From NCBI RefSeq assembly GCF_009914755.1, contig NC_060930.1: 64,000 bases of DNA. The stretch is one strand, 5' to 3'. The notes under the pieces were generated by a model. The model worked only from the letters and a program-made list of their open reading frames with translations. It was not told the DNA's origin and ran no database searches. Below, in pieces: positions 57,491 through 64,000 of the stretch. This DNA comes from the human T2T-CHM13v2.0 reference genome, Homo sapiens. The position numbers and the translations under genes were made by a program. Position 1 is the stretch's first letter. The number at the start of each line of letters is the position of its first letter.

Positions 57491-58275
57491 TTCATTCATT
57501 CAAAAAATATTTATTGAGCCATAGGCATGGAGGGAACATCAGTAAACAAAGCAGGTGAAATTTCCTGCCCTCTTGGAGTTTGCTTTCTTTTAGGGCATAA
57601 TGTTAAAGATAAGTGCTGTGGAGGAATAAAAGGGAAACAGACGAGGGGAAGTGCTAAGAATAGGGATTCAGTGATCTAGAAGTGATGATCAGGGAAGAAG
57701 CCTTCAATGAAAATGTGACTTTGCAAAATAAAATTTAAAAGAAAATGTGACGTTGGAGCAAAGATATCAAAGGGAATGATGCAGGGCCTCCATATGCCAG
57801 TACAGTGCAGCAGGGCTGGGGGACTGTGAGCAAACTACCATCATCACCATCAGGGGCCTGGGTGATAAAAGAGATAAGATCCCATGTAGATCTGGGTGAA
57901 GAGTGTTTCAGACAGAGGGAATAGAAGGTACAAAGTACCACAGGTAGGAGACAATAAGGAGGCTAGTGTAGAGATAAGCAAAGGAAGGAAAGCAGCAGGA
58001 GCTGAGCGTGGGGCAAGTCATGCAGGGTATTTGAGAGTCTAAGTATCTGGACTTTCACTCTGACAAGGGGAGCTATTAGAGGGTTTTGAGCAGGGAAGTA
58101 ACATGATCTAACTTGATTTTTAACAGAGTCACTTGTCTGCTATGTGGAGAATAGACTGTAGAAACAAGGGGATGAGCAGAGAGACCAGTGAAGAGGCTCT
58201 TGTAGTAGGCTTGATGAGTTGGTAATGGCTTAGACCAAGGTGGGGGTGACAGAGGGGTAAGAGGTGTGGCATCTG
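57491..58275 (-). mobile_element. L2 LINE 3' region
   Basis: ttcattcattcaaaaaatatttattgagc terminus; gagggttttgagcagggaagtaacatgatct. Confidence 0.8.
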
Positions 58276-59239
58276 GATTATTTTGAGGAAGACTGTTTAG
58301 GAGACTCCCTTCTGGAAGTAATTTAGCACAAACAATTTGGAACTTGGTAAGAGGTACATCGTGGGTATGCAAGCAGCTGTTTCAGGAATACAGAGCCCCA
58401 AAGAGCTGCCCAGTTTATTGAAGGCAAGAGTCGTTTACAGCCTTGCCTGTGATAAGAGCTTTGTTGCGTCTTAATTACTTTTTTGAAGTTGTGCAAGACA
58501 CAGTTTTCACAGAGTACACCCCCCTCCACCTACCATTTTGGCTCCACCTCAAGGTGGGGTGCCTGGTGCTGCTGCTGCTGCACCACCCCATGGTGGAGTT
58601 CATAGGGCAGCTTGCATGTGTACCAGCAGAGGTGCCCCTTCATTCTGAATCAAATTGAACTAATTGTCAGTATTAGAACCTGACTTCTGTGTCTTTAAGA
58701 GTAGAAACGTGAGTAATTTTACTATAAAAGATTACAGATCACTCATCAAACGCTGGCTTTGGGAATGGAATTGTGAAAGCATAGTGATACAGAGATACAT
58801 TAGACATAGTCCCATCTCTAAAGAATTACGGTCTACTTGAGGACAAGCAAATGCCCAAGAAAAGATATCTAACCAATACAGGCAGTAAGCATCTAGGTCC
58901 CAGCAAGGGAATACAAAGACAGGACCCCATTTCTAGCTGGAATGGTCTCCTCATAGAATCTCAGCTCTTTTTAAAAACAACAACATAGAACTGGTTTTTG
59001 TTGAGCCACCCACACCCTCCTCTCCAGCTCAGGCCTAGCTTGTTAGAAGTCAGCACTAAAGGTACACGTTTGTCATAGTTTGTGCAGTATAAACCAAGCA
59101 AGTCAGAACTGGCTCTCACCTGTCTGATTCCTGGACAAGGGCAGTAGCCTGGTCAGGAGAATGCCTGGAAATACATTAATCAACTGTGCTTGCCAGGCCA
59201 GGCACTAATCCTGATCCCCAAATATGTTGTTTTGGTCAG

Positions 59240-59407
59240 ATTCACAGTCTGAGAATGAGGCTTCACCAGTAAAACGGCCACGACTACTTGAGAATACGGA
59301 ACGGTCCGAGGAAACCAGTCGATCTAAACAGAAGAGTCGACGTCGGTGCTTCCAGTGCCAAACCAAACTGGAGCTGGTGCAGCAGGAATTGGGATCGTGT
59401 CGCTGCG
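59240..59407 (+). CDS. ZFAND3: ZFAND3 internal coding exon (probably exon 5), basic motif PVKRPR and N-terminal half of the AN1 zinc finger (RRRCFQCQTKLELVQQELGSCRCG)
   Basis: Branch-point-like CACTAAT at 59203-59209; acceptor gttgttttggtcAG ends at 59239; donor G|gtaagc at 59408; 168 nt; CxxC...CxC pattern of the AN1 finger. Confidence 0.97.
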
Positions 59408-59924
59408 GTAAGCATCTCCCCCAGTGGCGTGATGGAGACTATATTCTTAACACCTTGGCCCAGCTTTGGAAATTTAAGTGGCTGAAGTCTTTCGTTCTTC
59501 TTCTGAGTACTGTAAGTTTGCTACAGTAGTGCATGCGATATAGGTTTGGGGCTTGAGAAATCAGGAGCATAGTATGTTTGCCTCTAAACACCCTTTATTC
59601 TCACACATGCAAAAAAGACAAAAACATCCCCATGTTCTTAATGCATATCTCCTTAGAGCTACATCTCACTGCTTAGTGCTTTCAACTTCCCCCCACCACT
59701 TACTACTCTGGTTTCTTCTCACGACTTCAGAAGTTTACCAAACAAGCAAAATTCTGGAGTATGTACCATAAAATTCAGATATTAAGTTAATTTTGAATGA
59801 GCTTCTTACTATTTATGATAAATGGAAGATTTTTTTTTCTCCATATCCCTGTTAAATTAAGCTTTGATTAGAAAATTACCTTTGAACCTTAGTTCATCTA
59901 GTCAGTTAATACCTTGAAATAGCC

Positions 59925-60023
59925 TTTTTTTTTTTTTTTTTTTTTTCCTGGGCTGAATCCATCCTCCTGCCTCTGCCTCACAAAGTGCTGGGATTACAGG
60001 CATGAGCCACCATATACCCAGTC
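59925..60023 (-). mobile_element. Short Alu 5' fragment (about 77 nt) with polyA and TSD
   Basis: T22 followed by the reverse Alu 5' end; tgaaatagc on both sides. Confidence 0.85.
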
Positions 60024-62877
60024 TGAAATAGCTTTACAGTCACCTTTCCTTCTGTATTCTGTAGTGTAATACCTTTTAGAATTGCTGCACAGGGATGCCT
60101 ACCCACAGTGGAATGAAACTTAAGTCAACCCTTTCTCTCTTCTTGACCACATGTATCATGACACATAGGAACGAAATTGTGTAGCAGCATTATTTTAGGC
60201 TGATTTACAGTTTCCTGTACTTGTTTTTATTTCCTGGTTTTAAAACCTAATATTATAAAATTGTTTGAGGACCAGTTCAGCTGTCATCAGGTTGACTTTG
60301 AGACCTGTCTGTAGCCTCTGAGAATCCTATTTCTTTCTTTCTGAGAAGTCAGCTTTAGAAGCCCCCTTTCACTTCTGGGACAGCCGAAGATATCCTACAA
60401 GTACTATTGCTGACAGTCAGGACTAAATAGTTCACTCAGCAGTTATAAAGTAATGGTCACTGGAAGTTTACTATCTTCTGAAGCGGCAGCCTTTGCTGCT
60501 ACGGTTCCTCAATTATCTGCCCTATTGGAAATGGGAAGGAAGAGAGAGGTTATTAGCTTTTCATAGAAACTACGTTGGAACTCCTATTCCTGTTTTGACC
60601 AGATACCTGTTTGTTACACATTCTGGTGTATGCGGTACTCCACGAGATTAGAAGTGCATATTCAACTGCAGAAACCGGAACCAGCATGGGGAGTCTAAAT
60701 GTTACCAGATAAGGTTTTTAGGGCATTTTGGTTATAGTGCTAAGCATTTTTGGGAAACCGTAAAGAGGGTTAGGATAGGTGGTGGGAATAGAGGCTGACA
60801 GCAGTTTTCAGATGTCCGTGTGTTCATGCACGCAGTATGGCCCAGGTAAGTTCAAAACCTTATTCTTAGGCTATTTCGATCAACCCTGCCAGGCAATTTT
60901 AAATTCTTGGTGATGTAGGGCAGGGACACTGTGGATGGCTGAGGAAACTCTGGGCTCTGCTGGCTAACCAGCTTCGCTCCACTCTGCAGAGGCTGTCTCA
61001 TCTTTTGTGATCTGCAAATTCTTGCTTTGGTCTTCATGTGAACTCTCAGGGAATTTGAGCAGTTCAGTCTGTTACCAGTGTTGTGAGCCTACCTGGTCAT
61101 TTTAGCTGTTGCTTTTGTAACGTAGGCTTTTGGTTGTTCCTCAGTTAGAATTGTGGGACTTTCCTGAACCTTCTGTTCTTGTTTCTTCCTTGAAAGTAAC
61201 TGAATCCTGGGTATTACACAGGATTTGCCATAGCGGATCAAGCAATTGGTCTATCAAGTATGCTGTCTTGTCCCCGGCAGTGGCTAATGCTTCTTCTTCT
61301 TGTCAGGCAAACAGGAGATTTCACAATTTAGCACTGAGATCTAAAGATGTAACCAGGTCTCCTAGTTTACCCTTCAGCTTTGACGCAGACTACCTAATTT
61401 CCTAAGGTCTTAGCATCCACCTGAAAAAAAAGAAAAAAAAAAAAACAGTAATATATGTTAGATGACTTCACATTCACTCAAGTAAAGCCAACTTGTCTAA
61501 TCTCTGGTAAATATAGATTACTCTGCCATGCTCTTAACCTTTGTGGGCAGGAGGCTGGATTGCTAAATGCATATTGGGTTTGCTTCAGTATGCATCCTTT
61601 TTAAATGTTCTAACATGTAGTCTCTTGGCTTGTGCCCAATTCCGAAAGTCTGCTTTTAGGGAGATTTGACTTTTTCTGTTGGAGAAGAAAGCCCTGAGCT
61701 TTCTGCAGTCTCAACAGGATGTAACTTTCCTAGAGTCAGCTGGGCATTCAGTTTGACCCACTGAGAGCATTACACTTATGTGCCCAGAAAAATGACTGAG
61801 TCGACTGTCACCCTTCAAAAGATGAAGGACAACAATGGGAACATGCCATAAAAAAGTCTGGGACTGTTTTTGACAAAGAGCTCTTGTGTTCCTCCTGCCT
61901 GCTTGGATCTCTCTAGGAAAGGGTGAGTTGTACTGTTATTTCCTTGAGGATGCATGGATGTTGGAGAGATGTTTAACTGCCCTGAAAGGTTTTAGAGGGG
62001 GGATAACACAGTAATTTACTACTGAAAGTGAAGACTCAGGAAGGTAGTTTGAGCTCAAACAGAACACTTCTTCCCTGCAGAAAATCTTTTTTTAAATATA
62101 TATTCGCAATCTTTTCTTCCATTTGCCTTCCATTCTGTACAGGTTATTAACTGCTGACAAGAAATTCACATCTCATAAATAATGCTTAAGAGCCATTGCT
62201 ATATAAATTGAATGTGTTATGAATTGTGATGGGCCTTTTTGTAGCATTCGATGCCTAGAGCAGGAAGAACAGAGGATGTCATTTTCATTAATTTCTAATG
62301 AGGTGCCAATTAAAGGCAGGGAAGACGCTCCAAAGGGAAGAGTGGCCAAGCTCCCCTGAATCCTCCGCCCCAGGGCTGTCGTCCAAACACTGCCAGTGAG
62401 GCCTTCTCTAAAAATTCCATTAAATTACAGTCTCATCGAGAGCACACACAGACACATTCAGCTTCCCTTTGATCTTCAAAAGAGCAATTTGTAAGGCGAG
62501 TTCTGAGCCTTCTTACATAGGGAACAGCTAGAGGTGATAGGAATTGTTAATTGCCAAGACACTTCATGGGCTTTCAGTAAGGAGGAATTTTGAATACGAA
62601 TTCTCCTCTGCCTCCCTGTGACTAGATAACCTTTAAATCAACAATACCAAAGTAACACCCTTTTCCTGTGAAATCTTTCAGGGTGCCAATTAGAAAAGGC
62701 ATGTGGTTGCGAGGCTGGGATTATATCCTGCATCTTAGAGCATCTTCAATAGTTTAACTTCTCAAGATAGAAAACAGTTGCCTGAAAATGGATCTATTTG
62801 TTTCATTTTCTACTCAGTAAGCAAATTGATCAGCTCATTGTCATTGCAGGAGTCTTGTCTCCTGAATTGACACCTAG

Positions 62878-63517
<640 letters not shown>

Positions 63518-63740
63518 TGAAGTGATGTGTTAGCTGGGGCCTCTGGAGTAGTTGATCATCTCCAAGTGCCTCAGTGGTCATTGCTGCCTTATCATTCACT
63601 GTCAAACCAAATTCATCAAGCATTTACTGAAATCTGAATATGCAGAAAGCATTTTCTTAGGTTTTATGGGGAATATAGGAGCTAGAAATACAGAATCTAA
63701 GAGCTTACAGTCTAAATCTGTGGCTTCAAGCTTGAGTAGG

Positions 63741-64000
63741 GGCCTGGTGTGGTGGCTCATGCCTGTAATCCCAACACTTTAGGAGGCCAAGGTGGGGGAA
63801 TCCCTTGAGGCCAGGAGTTCAAAACCAGCTTGTTGCCCGTCTCTATTTTTTGTAGAGATAGGCAACATAGTAAGACCCTGTCTCTATGAAAAATTATTGC
63901 CAGGCAAGATGGTGCAACCCTGTGGTCCCAGCTACTTGGGAGGCCAAGGTGGGAGGATGGCTTTCAGCCCAGGAGTTCGAGGCTACAGTGAGTCTTGGTC
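63741..64000 (+). mobile_element. Alu (AluJ-type) with an internal hairpin insertion, runs off the window end
   Basis: ggcctggtgtggtggctcatgcctgtaatccc... Confidence 0.92.

Noticed and set aside
60812-60851. Possible 34-nt cryptic exon ending at CAG|GTAAGT
   Set aside because: Upstream acceptor has almost no pyrimidine tract; a perfect donor alone is expected by chance

Overview
AT-rich, Alu/L1/MER-dense primate (human-like) genomic DNA from inside ZFAND3 (AN1-type zinc finger protein 3, TEX27), transcribed on the + strand. Three internal coding exons are present: 4289-4471 (183 nt), 25090-25155 (66 nt) and 59240-59407 (168 nt). All have GT-AG sites and phase-1 junctions, and they splice into one open frame from the S/T/P-rich linker to the start of the AN1 zinc finger. 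The start codon and last exon lie outside the window. The rest is intron: about 26 Alu/FLAM/FRAM copies, MIR, L2, L1, HAL1, Tigger1, Tigger/Charlie MITEs, an MLT2 LTR and microsatellites. Nearly all ORFs in the supplied track are repeat-derived noise. I see no new protein-coding or RNA-gene system. The most interesting signals are: (i) three short local templated duplications in the last complete intron, one from a donor bounded by a perfect 11-bp inverted repeat, plus two template-switch hairpin scars; (ii) a candidate 11-nt frameshifting poison microexon; (iii) three frame-symmetric exons flanked by inverted Alus, permitting stop-free circRNAs; (iv) a tiny TSD-flanked polyA insertion of unknown origin; (v) several repeat-free, motif-dense candidate enhancers. 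Repeat subfamily names come from recalled consensus sequences, and boundaries of old repeats are approximate.
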